Assembly: GCA_001643675.2 (NCBI GenBank)
Contig: LSRY02000018.1
Coordinates: forward strand, 248,001-312,000
DNA length: 64,000 bases
Origin: Monocercomonoides exilis PA203
Taxonomy: Eukaryota > Protista > Preaxostyla
Direction of reading: 5' to 3'
Position numbers and translations under genes: made by a program. Below the pieces are notes generated by a model that had not been told where the DNA came from, ran no database searches, and saw nothing but the letters and a program-made list of their open reading frames with translations. How positions within the stretch are numbered: position 1 is the stretch's first letter; each line of letters opens with the position of its first letter. Below are positions 39,071 to 52,229 of the stretch, piece by piece.

Positions 39071-42000
39071 AAGCACTTCCACAAGTTTGTTTCCATTTTT
39101 GTAATCAACTTTTTCATGCATTCATATTCGCAAAATTTGTTTGTCTGAAAGGAATGATGAAAACAAAGTTAATTTCTCTTTCGATTTATTTTTTAAAGAA
39201 AAAGAACATAGAACATTCATTCTCTCCTGGCTTTTGAATTATTAAACTGCGAAGAGGCAAAATATCAGAATATCGATTATTATTTGAAAATGCACAAGAA
39301 TGTATTATTTTTTCATCGAGTATTCTTTCTTTTTGCTTTATAAACATTCGTTCTTTGAAATCTATATTCATTTCATCTTCCTTCATTAAACAAACAGGTC
39401 ATTGATTGCAATAACTTTATTCGATTGAAATTTTTTTGAAAAAGCTAAAACGAAAAGTTCTTTTTTAAAAATTATCATTTTTTCAATGGCTTATCAAAGG
39501 ATGTTGATTTTTTTCAGCTTTGAATTACATTACTTGAATCAACCAAACAGTCAAAAAATAAACTCGATAGATTCAATTTCTTCCAATCATTTTCTGAATT
39601 TATGTCTATCTTTTTTTTCCTTTATCTTCATGCAACTTATCATAAGCTGTTTTTTTGATCAGCTTTGGCTTTGTGTTTTCCTTGCAAATGCAGAAAATAT
39701 AAGACGATTCGACTGATTTGAAGAATTAGCCTTTCCATTTGTCAAAAAATTAACCATTGTTCTTGAAATCTGTTCGACAGAAGCATCCGCGGTTGCCTCC
39801 TTCGACATATCTGTTGCTGAGATCGATGATAATAAGAGAAGATTAAAGATTGAACCATCGAGAGTGGCTGTTGTGTCTGTCCCTTTCATGCAGCTGTCGC
39901 TGCTGCTGATACTGTCATCACGGGAACTGCAAACGTTGTAGGGATATGTTGTGGCGTGGCGAGGGGTGCGTTATTGGGGCGTTGTTTGCTCAAATGATAT
40001 GGCGCTTTCTGCGATGCTTTTTGTTCCGCTGGTGGCTCCGCTTCCATCGCTTGCAGCGTCAGTGGGCACGAAATCTGGGAGCAAGCGAATCTTTGCTGAA
40101 GCAGATGTGAATGCGTTCCCATCGATCAATGATCAGTTTGACCAGTCGCAGTAGAAATGGAGACAGCAGTGGTCATGATGTGTGGTGGTAAAGATTGACG
40201 AAAAAGCGAATGGGCGAGGGGTTGTTCTTTGAAGGATGGCAGAGATTGTGGAGAAGGCGCTGGAGGCAGCAAAGTTGAAGATGAAGAATGTGGTTCTGTT
40301 TCCAGATACGATTGCGCTGGTTGTGCTGGAGGGGTGCGAAGAGCTGAGGAAGGAGAAATGTGAGTCAAAGAGGGAGGTGATTGGAATGAGGATAAAGGCA
40401 TGTTTTCGACAGAGAACAGAGAGTTTGCTGAAAGAAACAAATAGAACCTGGGGAATCTGGAAGAAGCGACGGTGCAACTGGTTGTGAAGGTGTTTGGGCT
40501 GAGTCGGCTGAGGGTTGTGAAGGGGTTGACCGAAGCAGAGGCAGATAGCATCATGCGGTGAAACCAGAAGCGTGCAGTTCTCCTTCTGATAGAATTCAAC
40601 AGGAGAACAGAAGAGCAGAAGAGGAAGCAGCAGATGGGTCTTTTGACATAACTTTAGATAGAAGTTCAGAAGGAGTGGGGAAAGATGAGAAACAGGTGGA
40701 AATGCATTCCATTGATTTGTCAACAAATGAGGAGTCAGTGAAAGAGGGTAGTTTGATTGATTTGGAGAAGGAAGAGGAAGAGGAAGAATAAGAAGAGGAA
40801 GAGGAACAGATTCCAGATGAGGTAACTCCACATTTGAAGTTCTTGAGGCTGATTGATGAGAGTGCGTATGGGAGCTGGTGGGACTATCTGGTGACGATGA
40901 CGGTGACGGGGGAGCTGATTGTGGTGATGCCAGTTGTGGAAGGGATGACACAGCCTGACAGGACAATGAGCATCACGTTCATTGGGGAGGGGCTGTTTGT
41001 GAGGAGAGAGAAGATAAGAGAACGGTGTGGATGTGTGTATTTGGCATCTGATGGGGCATAGCTGCTTTTAAAAAAACAGATCCAGTAAAAAGCGATGAAA
41101 TAAAAAAAGAGAAGACAAAAACCAAAGTGAAAATGAGATGAATGAACTAACAACTTTGAAAAGTTCTGCAAAAAGGAATCAAATGTGTTAGCGATATGAA
41201 AACATTAACGGATTTGACAAAGTTGAAAATTCATATGAATTTCATTATTGGTTTTTTTAATCTTTATTTGGAAAATAATAACATTTACTCAAGTTGTGCT
41301 TTTCTAAATAAATACATATATTTTGATATTTATCTTCAATTACCAGTTTGTATCAAATTTTCAAATTTTTTTCTCTATTTTTTATTTAATATAACAAATA
41401 TAAGAATGTTATTGTTTTATTCCAAAAGAATGCCTATCAAGACATAAAAGTTTTTCATTTGCAAATTGAAAATGTTTCATTGAAAATTGTTGATTTGGGA
41501 GAAACGAAAATAATCAAATTTATATAGTTATATGAATTAATATTATTTCACTTGTTGTTTTTTCAATCTATCTTTCAAATTATTCAATAATCTTTCTTTC
41601 ATCTTTATTCTGTTGTTTCCTTTTATCGTTTCTCTAATTCCACTTTCAACTCAAATTTCGTATCCAAATATCTTCTTCAATTCATTCAAAAAAACCTCTT
41701 TCATTTTCTCAATTCCATTTCCTTTCTAATTCTTTTCTCAAAACACGCTCTTTATTCTCTTTCTCTTTCTCTTTAATTCTTTTTTCATTCTTCTTATTCT
41801 TATTTAAATTTTTGCAAATTTCCTTCGGATGAATAATTTCTCTGTTTCTTGTTCATTTCTCTCTTATTCTCTCATGATGAAACAGATCATGAAGAAATCC
41901 AATCAGATGAAGTGAATGACGATAAAGAAGGAGATGCTGTGTGAAATGTTGTTGATATATTTGTAGAAGAGGAAGAAGAAGAAGATGATGAACGGATTGA

Positions 42001-42333
42001 ATGAGATGATTAGTTGTTGAAAATTGAGAAGTTGGGAGCCAATGAATATCAAAGGTAAATTGAATTAAAATTATCTTCTTCTGTATCTATTTCTTCTTCT
42101 AACGTATAATATCCTTTGAATTCATAACAATTTCAATTTGATTCTTTCTCTCTTTCCAACAATAAAAGTGCATAAGCACCTTTATTGTCAAGAAAATCTT
42201 CAATCAATTCCTTCTCTTATAATTGAGAACCACAATCTATGGGTAGTCGCCACGATCGGATCAATGATGCAATCACCATTTTTCCCGCAGACAACTGGAC
42301 TTACACCGGCAACCGAAGCAGCCTCACTGCCAG

Positions 42334-44418
42334 GTGGGGTGCAAAGCCAGCTTGGGGTCCAAACGCTCCTTACACAACGAACTGGAGATACTACAGCCGA
42401 AGTCGGGGTCAACAATAGAGAGGGGAGATGGAGCGAGGAAAGGAGTCATGGGCAGGACAAGGATTGGAGGAAGAACGGAGTTTTTCATAGAGGCTTGGGA
42501 AAGAATTGGTGGTGCCAAGTTGATAAAACAGGGCGTGCAGGCGATGTGGAAAAGCAAACATATGAGAATGAAGCTAAGGGATATGCCGGTTAGAGATGGA
42601 GCCGTTCACTCAAACGAAGATCAAAGAAAGGTGTTCGCAGATCTTCTGCAGTAACAGATAGAGACGGGAATTGTGGAGGAGATAAGGTCAGAGGAGGTGA
42701 GGCACAGGAACAACGTGTTTTTGATCAGAAAGAAATCGGGAGCATGGAGGCAGATACTGGATTGCCGGAGATTGAACGCTGCCTTGATAAAGACGCACTT
42801 CAAATGCGACAACGAAAAGACAGTAGAGCGTGTGCTGAGAAGAAAAGATTACGCAGTCTCAGTGGATTTACAACAGGCCTATTATCTGCTTCCGGTGTCC
42901 AAAGACCTAAGACCATATTTGGCTTTCAGAGTTTCTGGAAAAGACTACACATTCAGAGGAATGCCGTTTGGTTTCGTAGACGCCCCAAGAATTTTCACGC
43001 ACGCGATGAGGAAGGTGACTTCAGAAATCAGGAAACGATGGGATGTTCGGGTAATTGCATATTTGGACGATTTCCTTATATTACACGAGAACAAGGAATA
43101 CTTAGCACAGGCCGCCAAAGAGATTATCAGGTTTCTGGAGGAATTAGGTCTTTTGGTGAACCAGGAGAAAAGCCAGTTGACACCAAGAAGAAGGTTTTCT
43201 TTCCTTGGCTTCGAGTGGGACTCGTCGAAGATGAAGGTTCGGCTTGCAAGAGACAGAAAAGAAGCACTTACTCGCTTGTGTCGCAGATGGGAAAAGGATT
43301 GTGCAAAAGCAAGAATTGTGAAAGTGAAAGATCTGGCTTCGTTTATTGGAAAACTCAATGCTGTTCGGTTTGTTCAGCCAGACGCTTCTCTATGGCTTCA
43401 CTCCATGCATCGTATGCTCCAGAAAGGAATAAGGGAAAGAGGATGGAAAGGCAAATTGAAGTTGAATGCTTCAATCCTGCAGCAGATTCGGCAATGGATA
43501 TCGAAGTTGAGAGCACACCCAAGACGCAGGCTTATCCCAGTATTTTCCCCGGATGCAACTCTTACAACAGATGCATCGGAGACGGCTTGGGGAGCTTCGC
43601 TCCTCTTGAACAACCAGCTCCTCGATGCGCACAATCCGTTCCCCCACAGAGTGAGAAAGCAATCATCCAATTTCAGGGAACTTATTGCAGTATTTCGTGC
43701 TCTGAGCCACTTCGCACCAATCCTACAGGAACATCACGTGTCCTTTCTTCACCTAAGATCGGACAATACATCCGTGGTGTTCAACATAAACAGATGGAAT
43801 GCAGGGAAGAAGCTTCGACCAGTGCTGAGAAAATTATGGAGACTAAAACAAGACCTAGGCATAGAGTTGAGAGCGTCACATGTTCCAGGTGTACTGAACA
43901 CAAGAGCAGATGCGTTATCACGACTGGAGAGAGCAGGAGACTACGAGGTGCAGGACGAAGAATGGGAAAAGATAATGACGAAACTAAACAGTGCTCCAAC
44001 GCTGGACGCGTTTGCAGCGCAACACAATCGCAAAGTGGGAAGATGGTGCGGAGTAGGAAGTCAGCTCGCAGAAGACGGACTGATGTTTCCCTGGAAGAAC
44101 GAAGTCGTGTTAGCTCATCCACCGATCCCGCTTGTGATTCCGACGATCCAGAAAGCACGACAGGAGAGAGCACAAGTGATATTACTCCTGCCGAATTGGA
44201 AGGGACAGAATTGGGAGAGCTTGTTAAGGTCCAATCCCCGTTTGGAATGGACTTGGAAGAATCAGAAGGAGGTTATGTGGAAGGGTCCATCGATGCAACG
44301 GACAGGTGCGAGTCTTCCACCAGGTCGATTGAGGATAATCTGGCTGAATGCACCTTTCGCGATGGAGAACAATGGTGGAAGAATGCATTGGAACAAAAAT
44401 CAATCCCTTTCTCGTTAG
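42334..44418 (+). CDS. DIRS pol: reverse transcriptase, RNase H and N6-adenine-methyltransferase-like domain; one in-frame TAA at 42652-42654
   Basis: RIGGR, ILDCRRLN, VDLQQAYY, GMPFG, AYLDDFL, FLGFEW; RNase H TDASETAWGA, RELIAV, RSDN, ADALSR; MT-like LDAFA and LAHPPIP. ORF 42334-42654 is in frame with 42673-44418. Confidence 0.92.
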
Positions 44419-45670
44419 CAGAAGAGTGCAGAGCAGGTATATCCAGGAGCACATGGCGAGGGTATCTGTATGGATTTGCTCATTTTGGAAAACAATGGAG
44501 AGAGTGTGGACATGGAAGAATACCGGAGTCTATTCAAGAGTGGGCCGCATGTTGTGCAAATGTGTTTCTATCGCTTAGGAACGGTGGCATGAAGTTAACT
44601 TGCCTTCAATTGACAAGGGCAGCAGTATCGCTTTACTCCAATATTGTATTCTCTTCCTTCCTTGGAGACATCCCTATTATTCGTACCCTTTTTAGATCGT
44701 TCCGAAGGACGGACAAGTCAAGAAAGAAGAAGACAGGAGACATTTGGAATCCTCGAAAAGTGCTTAGTTTCTTTTCTGGCCTGGGACCAAATGAAGGGTT
44801 AAGCTTTAAACAGCTCACTATGAAAGTGATTGTTCTAACGATGTTGTTTTCAGCTTGTAGATTCACAAAGCTCGAGAGAGTCAATATGTTGGAAAGCAGG
44901 TTCGAGGAGGAAGGCGTGTGTAATTGGACACAAAGTTGGATACCTCAAACACATACATGGAGATTGCTGTTCCGTTCTTGCCAGAACTGAGTTTGATTTG
45001 TCCGGTATCAGCAATCCAGGAATTGTGGAAAAGAGTGCAAGAGAAAAACAGTCACACAGACAAATTTCTTTCGAACGCAGAGAACTTTCACCAGTTAGCT
45101 GTTGAAGGAATTCGGAAGCTCGCAAAGGAAGCGATTTATGATGCAGGAGTGCAGAAAAGATTCACGATCTTCTCGATCAAAGCAGCAAGCCTTTCAGCAC
45201 TGACGATGGAAGGAATTCCCCCAGAACAAGTGGCAAGGTTTGCAAGATTGTCACCACGAACAAACACGTTGGTCAAACATTATTTTCGATCAAACCTAGC
45301 ATCATCAATGGCCCGCGTTATTGCCTCTGCAACAAACGATCAAGAAGATAAAGCGAACAGGGAGGATGCAGACAGCACAGCCATGTGCAGAAGATCCGAA
45401 GCAAAGAAGAGAGGCGGAAATGAGAAAACAACTAAACCACAAGCCAATAGCTCCATTTGTCAACGAGAGAACGCAGAACAAAGAAGTGGGGAAGAACAGC
45501 CAATGAGGCCTACAAGGATTGAAGAGCCCAGTGAAGGAAAAGGAGATACGCCAGAACAGGTAAAAGAGTTCATAATCAGAACAAGGGCCCAAATAAGGAA
45601 GGAATCAGAGGAAAAGCAAAGGACGATCACGAAAGCTGTTCTGATGATGGTCTCATCATCTCCCAATTAA
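42744..45670 (+). CDS. DIRS tyrosine recombinase ORF (overlaps pol; frameshift near 44920)
   Basis: SRSTWRGY, IWNPRKVLSF, MLFSACRFTKL, then in ORF 44924-45670 LDTKL, LICPVSAI, FSIKAASLS, TLVKHYFRS. Confidence 0.85.
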
Positions 45671-45675
45671 CTTGT

Positions 45676-45778
45676 GTTCTCAATTATAAGAGAAGGAATT
45701 GATTGAAGATTTTCTTGACAATAAAGGTGCTTATGCACTTTTATTAGGAAAGAAAATCGAATATCAATTCCTTCTCTT
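45676..45778. repeat. DIRS internal complementary region (ICR)
   Basis: 45676-45745 is the reverse complement of 42161-42230; 45744-45778 is the reverse complement of 46028-46062. Confidence 0.95.
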
Positions 45779-46812
45779 TGGCCCACCACCGTTTCACTCC
45801 CACCCATGTAAATAAGTGTTTCGAGTTATGGTGTTCTTGTTTATTCCTTTTCTTAGCGTTAATAAAGTATGTGATAACGCTTGTTCAGTTGGTTAGCTCG
45901 TTTTTTATCCAATTGTTGGTTTATGGTTAAGTTGTTGTGAAATTGTCGATTGCATTTCAGAATTTTCCACCATTTCACAACCTTGATCCTCACGGGCGAC
46001 TACCCATAGATCGTGGTTCTCAATTATAAGAGAAGGAATTGATATTCGATTTTCTTTCCTAAAAAAGTGAAATATTGGGCGATATCTTTTTCAATACATT
46101 TCTTTCAATTCTTCACTTCCCCTTCTTTCACAAAAAATCACCTTTACTCAAAAACTAATTCTTTGCCAAAGCTCAATGCCGGGAATCTTCGAAATATCTT
46201 GAATTTCATCTGTTCGTCTGTATTTTTCCTTCCTTGCTTTTCTTTTTATTCTTCAAAGCCACCTAATCCCTCATTCTTTCAGCAACCTGAATGAAAAAAA
46301 TAATAATCATTTCAAACAACAACAACAACAAACCTTCTTTCCATATCTATAAACATTTTCCAACTTTTTCCCCCTAGGCACCTGTTTTCCTCCAATTCAA
46401 TTTTTTTATTCCTTCCTTTTTCAAGTGTTTCATCATCTGATTCGCAAGTCATCCTTTCCATAAGTCATTTATCAACCAAGTGCATCGATTTATTGCTCTT
46501 CAGAAAAATGTGAAATTCATGTATTTTCCTCAAATTCCATCTTTCTCATTGATAAATGTTCTGTTTTTGAATCTGAAAATATCATCTCCAATTCCCTTCC
46601 CAATCCCTTCACTCTGGGTACTTTCCATATGAATTTTCTGGCTCAGCTCGATAGTCACCCTGCACAATGAGATATCCCGCTTTTATTCATTTTCATTCAT
46701 TTCCATCTCCCATCCTGAAAAAAAACATAAAGCCTATCTATAGGCAAATTTTTAATAATGCAAACCAAACACCTTTCCTTCAATGAGAGCTTATAATTGA
46801 AAAGAAAAAAAT

Positions 46813-49692
46813 GGCGAGATATAATCTAGTTGACAGACGATTTGAGCTAAAATACATATAATAAATGAAAAGCGCTCTTTTTCTGATAACTTAAAAATTG
46901 AAATTATTTGGCGAAACTTTGTCTGTCATGTTCAGTTTTAAAAATGCCAAAAATAAAAAAATAATGGGCATGATCACTGAATAAATTTGTTCTTACGCAT
47001 ATTTCCGCATATTGCAAACTAACGTTGATGAACTCGGTAACATCCTTTTAGTTTTTTTTTGTTAATGTGTTCATCGATAAAATTTGAACTCTGATTTTGT
47101 TTTTGATGTTTGAATCATGTGTGATTTATTAATCAACTTTTGATTGGAAGCACATAAGCATTAGATAAAATCAAACACACTCAATTATGAAAAAATATTG
47201 GCGCTAAGTTTGAGTCTTTGTTTTCAAATATTGAATTTTCGAAATTTAAATAATCATCAGTTAATAACAATTATGAACGATTTTCTTAGCTCCCTGTAAA
47301 TTGGAAACATTCAATCGAATGAATTTGAAGAATTTTGAATTAATTTGATGAAAAGAAACCGTGTGAAAGCAACATGATTGAACAATTCAATGAAATATGA
47401 AAGAGTTGTTGAAAATCAGCTGCCATTGGTTCATAATCTTCTTTCGTTGGAACATATATTATGTTTCATTACGCTGAAATGAACTCAACATTAACGCTCT
47501 GAATGATCATCAAGAAACATTTATATTTTGAAGATAACTGTGGATGAGATGAATAAAGAGCGAAACAAAAAATATTTAATTTATTTCATAGAATGCATAA
47601 TCTGTTTTTCGAGAATTATTTTCCAAACAGATAACTGCATTCAAAAATGCTCCATTCCACATCTTCTTCTGATTTAGAAGAAAATGAGGAAATGCAAAAG
47701 AAAGGCGTTGTTTTTCATATTTGAATTGAACCACACTGAAAATTTGTATGAATGATCGTTGCACTTCTTTTCTTGCCAGAATATCCTTGTATCCAAAACA
47801 AATTCATAGAAATACAAATGAGAAATTGATATCATGACAAAAAAGATGCTGAAACAAAGAAGAAGTCGAAAGCAGTCGTTTTGTAGAAATTTTTTTATCA
47901 CTTTTTTCAATTCCATTTTTCGCTTTTTCTTCGAAAGTTTTCTCAAGCAAGTAAATTTATCATTGTGAATTAATACCTGATATTTTATTTAACTCTATTT
48001 TGTTTTGTTTTAAAACAAGATCTGATGTGAAAAAAATATAAAAATAAACGGTCTTCATAAAATTTCGGGTGATTCCGAAAAAAACCAGGTAATATAATAG
48101 ATAAAAAAGTTTGTCGATGAGGGAAAAAGCCGACGTAGAAACCTGGTGTTTGTTTTGTTTACATTCCACTTCTCTTTTTTAATTAAAACAATGAAATCTG
48201 ATAGCGCATTTTTTTATCATTTCCCTGTCTATTTTCTTGCATGCATCTCTTCATCTTTTTTATTTAAACATCCCAGTTTTCTTTATTATTCTCTTTCATC
48301 TATCTATTGTTAAAATCATTGAAAAACGAAATATGGATATCAATTTGTTTGAACATTATATTTTACAAAATAATATCCTCCTCTTCATCTTCAACATCAT
48401 TTCCTTTCTTCCAGTCTCTTCAACCGTACTAAACACTCTCATTATGCTTCCAACTCACATTCTAATTTCTTCATTTTTGTTTTGATGATAGATAAAATAA
48501 AATTCCAAAACTTTTCTTCATCAATAATTACTCTTGCTTTTTTCCTTTCCTTTCCTTTCTATTTAGCTTTCTTCTTTTTTCGTTTTCCAATAAACTCATT
48601 CTCTCAGCTCTTCCAGTTCTCTTATTGTCTCTCTCATAAAATGAAGCTCATTTGAAAAAACTTCTTCCAAACTTCTATCCAAAAAAAAATTCTTTTTATC
48701 ATGAGCATTCAAGAAGTCTGATAGGTTAATCGAGTCAAATTGCGATGTTCTTGCAGACACTGGATGGTTTCTTTGATCTCGTTCATAAATAGTTCATGCT
48801 CTATTTCCTTATTAAATAAGAAAGAAAATCAAAAACGTTTATAATAAAACAAGAATGTTTTAACATATTGATAGTTATTGCAATTCAGCGCTGAAAGTGC
48901 TTGTTTCACTTCTTTTTGAGCTTCCTCGTTTTCCTCTTTCAACAACGTAACAAACAGCAGACAAAGCAAACCAGTTGATATCCGCGTTGTGAAAACTCAT
49001 TGAAAAACAAAAGATTTGATTTGGAAAAATCTTTTACCAATTTTTCAATCTTTCCTTCGTTCTTTTTGGCTTCTTTAATAAAATTCTCTTCTTAAATCAC
49101 TTTGTTCATAACATTGTTTTTTTTTCTGCTCCAATTAAAATATCTCGCGATATCATTTACAATTTCTCGTGAATTCAACAAGGCACATGCTCTCAGACAA
49201 TTCGACTTCCTGTTTTTAAATAATAATTTAAAAAAATTGATTTGATCAATTATTTCTTGAAAACACAAAATCAAACCAGTATTTAATCGAAACACATATT
49301 CTGATGAGAACATTTCAAGCCGTTGAAAAAAATATATTTACAAATTTTCCAAAATTTTATCCTTTTTTAAGGTTAAAACATGCTTTGATAATTTCTACAC
49401 TATTCAACATTAATTACACTGTATATCAAAAGAATTGAATAATAATAAACATGGAATTAGCAAGCTACCGAGTTCATCAACGTTAGTTTGCAATATGCGG
49501 AAATATGCGTAAGAACAAATTTATTCAGTGATCATGCCCATTATTTTTTTATTTTTGGCATTTTTAAAACTGAACATGACAGACAAAGTTTCGCCAAATA
49601 ATTTCAATTTTTAAGTTATCAGAAAAAGAGCGCTTTTCATTTATTATATGTATTTTAGCTCAAATCGTCTGTCAACTAGATTATATATCGCC
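46813..49692. mobile_element. Non-autonomous TIR element (2880 bp) with 227-bp near-perfect TIRs and decayed internal coding remnants
   Basis: 46813-47039 is the reverse complement of 49466-49692 (GGCGAGATATAATCTAG... / ...CTAGATTATATATCGCC). No TSD and no transposase motif visible. Confidence 0.9.
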
Positions 49693-50339
49693 GATGGAGG
49701 AAGATGAGAAGTGAAGAATGGTGAGAGTGAGATTGAATGGACAATGAAAGAGAGGGCGAAAACAACATTTTATTTTTTCTTTATTCGGAATTGGGTTTGA
49801 AAGGCGAAGGCGTGGTATGGTGTGGTGCTTGAAGTGAATTACGTTGTGGTGAGAGTTAATTGGAGAGAGGCAAACAGGTGAAGAGGGGAGTGAAGTGATA
49901 TGAAGATTTGTGGAGGTATTTTATTCTTGTTTGTTCATTTTATTCATGTTCTATTTTTTATTTGTATTTGTATTTTTTGATTTCATTGATGTGTGATGAG
50001 ATCAGGTGTTGTCAGAAGCGCTGGGGGAGCATGAAATAAGGGATGTGGAAACACTGCTTTTTTTATAAGCATTCCTGGAAGAAATTGGGAGAAAACAGAA
50101 TCCAGAAGATATTTGGCTGAATGAGGGAACAGAAAATACTGAAGAGAATGAGGAAAGAAATTTTTGTGAATTTCTTTTACAAAAATCTTTTCGGAAGCAG
50201 CAATAGAGGCAGAAAAGAGGAACTCAAGCCCAATGGGATATTTTTTGACATGGCGCTAAGAGGCATGGGGAAGGAGGTGAATGTATAGGAAGAATTTTTT
50301 TAGAGAAAATCGCATTTCTCTTCTATTTGTCAATATCTT

Positions 50340-51501
50340 CTCATCACCTTCCATCCCTTTTGTATCCCTCTAACACCTGACATTTTTCAATATTTCAACA
50401 GCAAATGAGGCATGTTCGCCTTCAACAACTACGTCAACCCAAACCACTTGTTTTATGAATAGCTGCTCATTCTCATCAGTTTGCGATGCATATGATGGAG
50501 GAATTGTCCCTTCCCTCAACAACCCCTTGGCTTCATTGATTGTCTCAAACACCTCATTCGTTGGGTGTTGCAGAACAAGAAATGTGAAATGTGAAGGAAA
50601 TGCAGAGGTACCATTGAAGCCAGGGAGACAAAACACAACGGAAAATGGAGCAAACTCATTCATTTTGTGTGAATGGAATGGATCGAGGACTACAGTAGAA
50701 AGTGACTCGTGGACTGATGGAGTGTCAAGCAGAGGGGCCATCTGCATGTACAGCCAGTCGTCGGCATCGGTGTCTGTTTCTCATTGCTCATTCAACAACT
50801 GTTATGCTTATTATGCAGGAGGTGGTATTAATTGTTACAATATCAAATCGGTTGAGATTGAAAACAACTCCTTTGATTCTTGTACTGCACAGAATTATCG
50901 TGGGGGTGGAATATTCATTTATTTGTTTTTGAAATGTATTCGGATCGGCGGGTGCGGATTCCAGAATTGTAAAGCATATAGCCATGGAGGAGGACTTTAT
51001 TTGGATAATTTTCAGGTTTCAGAAGCAAACTGTATTGGAGCTGAAAATGGAGAAGGGGAGAGTGCGTGTGTGTTTGACTGCAGTTCCTCTTCATGCTCGG
51101 TGACAAATTATTACGGTGGAGGTATGTTTTACTATAATGTTCCTGGCACACAATTCAAAATGAGGAGCATTCAGTTCATTTCATGTTCAGCATCGGCACA
51201 TGGAGGTGGATTGTGTTTTGCTCCAAGTCAATCAACAGCTCCATGCAACAATCAATATTGCTATTTCTTCTTCTTCCATGATTGTAGATGCACAACAACT
51301 TCCACTCCATATGGCCACGATGTGTATTTTGAAGATTATTACAATCTCTTCTCATCGAACAATCCTTTTAATGAATCGTATACAACGAATAACAATGATA
51401 AGAGAGTGTGCCGCCAATATTATAATGGAAGCAGTTGGGTGCCTCAGCATACAGAAAAGAAGGATTGGTTGAAGGAGGAAATGAAGGATCGGTATGTTTA
51501 G
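50340..51501 (+). pseudogene. Fragment of the Cys/Gly-rich repeat surface-protein family, ending at a TIR arm
   Basis: NSCSFSSVCDAYDGGIVPSLNN, repeated CxF..C.A...GGG motifs, YGHDVYF, KKDWLKEEMKDRYV. Stops 6 bp before the TIR arm. Confidence 0.8.
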
Positions 51502-51507
51502 GGGCAT

Positions 51508-52183
51508 AGGTGTAACTGTCTACCTTTTGTAATTATGGATTTTCACTATTAATTTTGTGATGTTTCAAAAGCAAAAATTATTTAAAAACTTTTGTATGGA
51601 CCGATTTTTCGCAAAAATTTTTGTTTCTCGTGAAAAAACTATTTTTAAAAATGACCCATAAATATGAGTATTTTTTCAAAAAATAAATAAAATAAGATAA
51701 TAATGAAATAAAAAGTGGATAAAAGGTCATTAATTATTACATTGTCCTATTTTAATAATAATAATTTGAGAAATAAAACATAAAAAAAATAAATTAAAAA
51801 ATTAAAATATTTTGATCAATCCCACAATTAAATTTTTAATATCCAAAAAATAAGAAATTAGTTTCTTTCGTCAAGAATAGAACCCTCGCTTGCGAACATA
51901 TAACAAATCAAATGTTTAGAAATATTATAAAAGTGTGCGATGAATTGTTATCAATATATCGTTCAAATTTTTATGAATTTTGTTAATGAATTTTTAGCTG
52001 ATCAATTTTGTGCAGTTGTAGGATATTAATGTTATGCCATGTTGATAATGAATATAGAAGAACAAACAAATCATGTGAAACATTCTTTTTAATTATTAAC
52101 ATTGTTTTATTAAAATTTTTCGCAAAACATATTAAATATCATTTATTTTATTCTGAAAAAAGATAGATATTAAATGATATAGC
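51508..52183 (+). mobile_element. Diverged copy of the left arm of the 11869-16212 TIR family (partner arm not seen)
   Basis: GCAT|AGGTGTAACTG start. About 51560-51858 closely matches 11920-12218, and weaker similarity continues to 12540 (...TAAATGAT..TAGC). Confidence 0.88.
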
Positions 52184-52229
52184 CGATTTGAGTGAAAATT
52201 GAACAAAAATAGCGCAAGGTTAAAAAGAA

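Larger units (their letters stand above)
42161..46062 (+). mobile_element. DIRS-type tyrosine-recombinase retrotransposon (about 3.9 kb) with ITRs and internal complementary region
   Basis: RT/RNase H/methyltransferase ORF, overlapping YR ORF, ITRs 42161-42264 and 45983-46062, ICR 45676-45778 complementary to both outer ends. Confidence 0.95.

Noticed and set aside
39659-41061. Possible second DIRS gag/pol remnant
   Set aside because: Only vague resemblance; no RT, RNase H or ITR signature.
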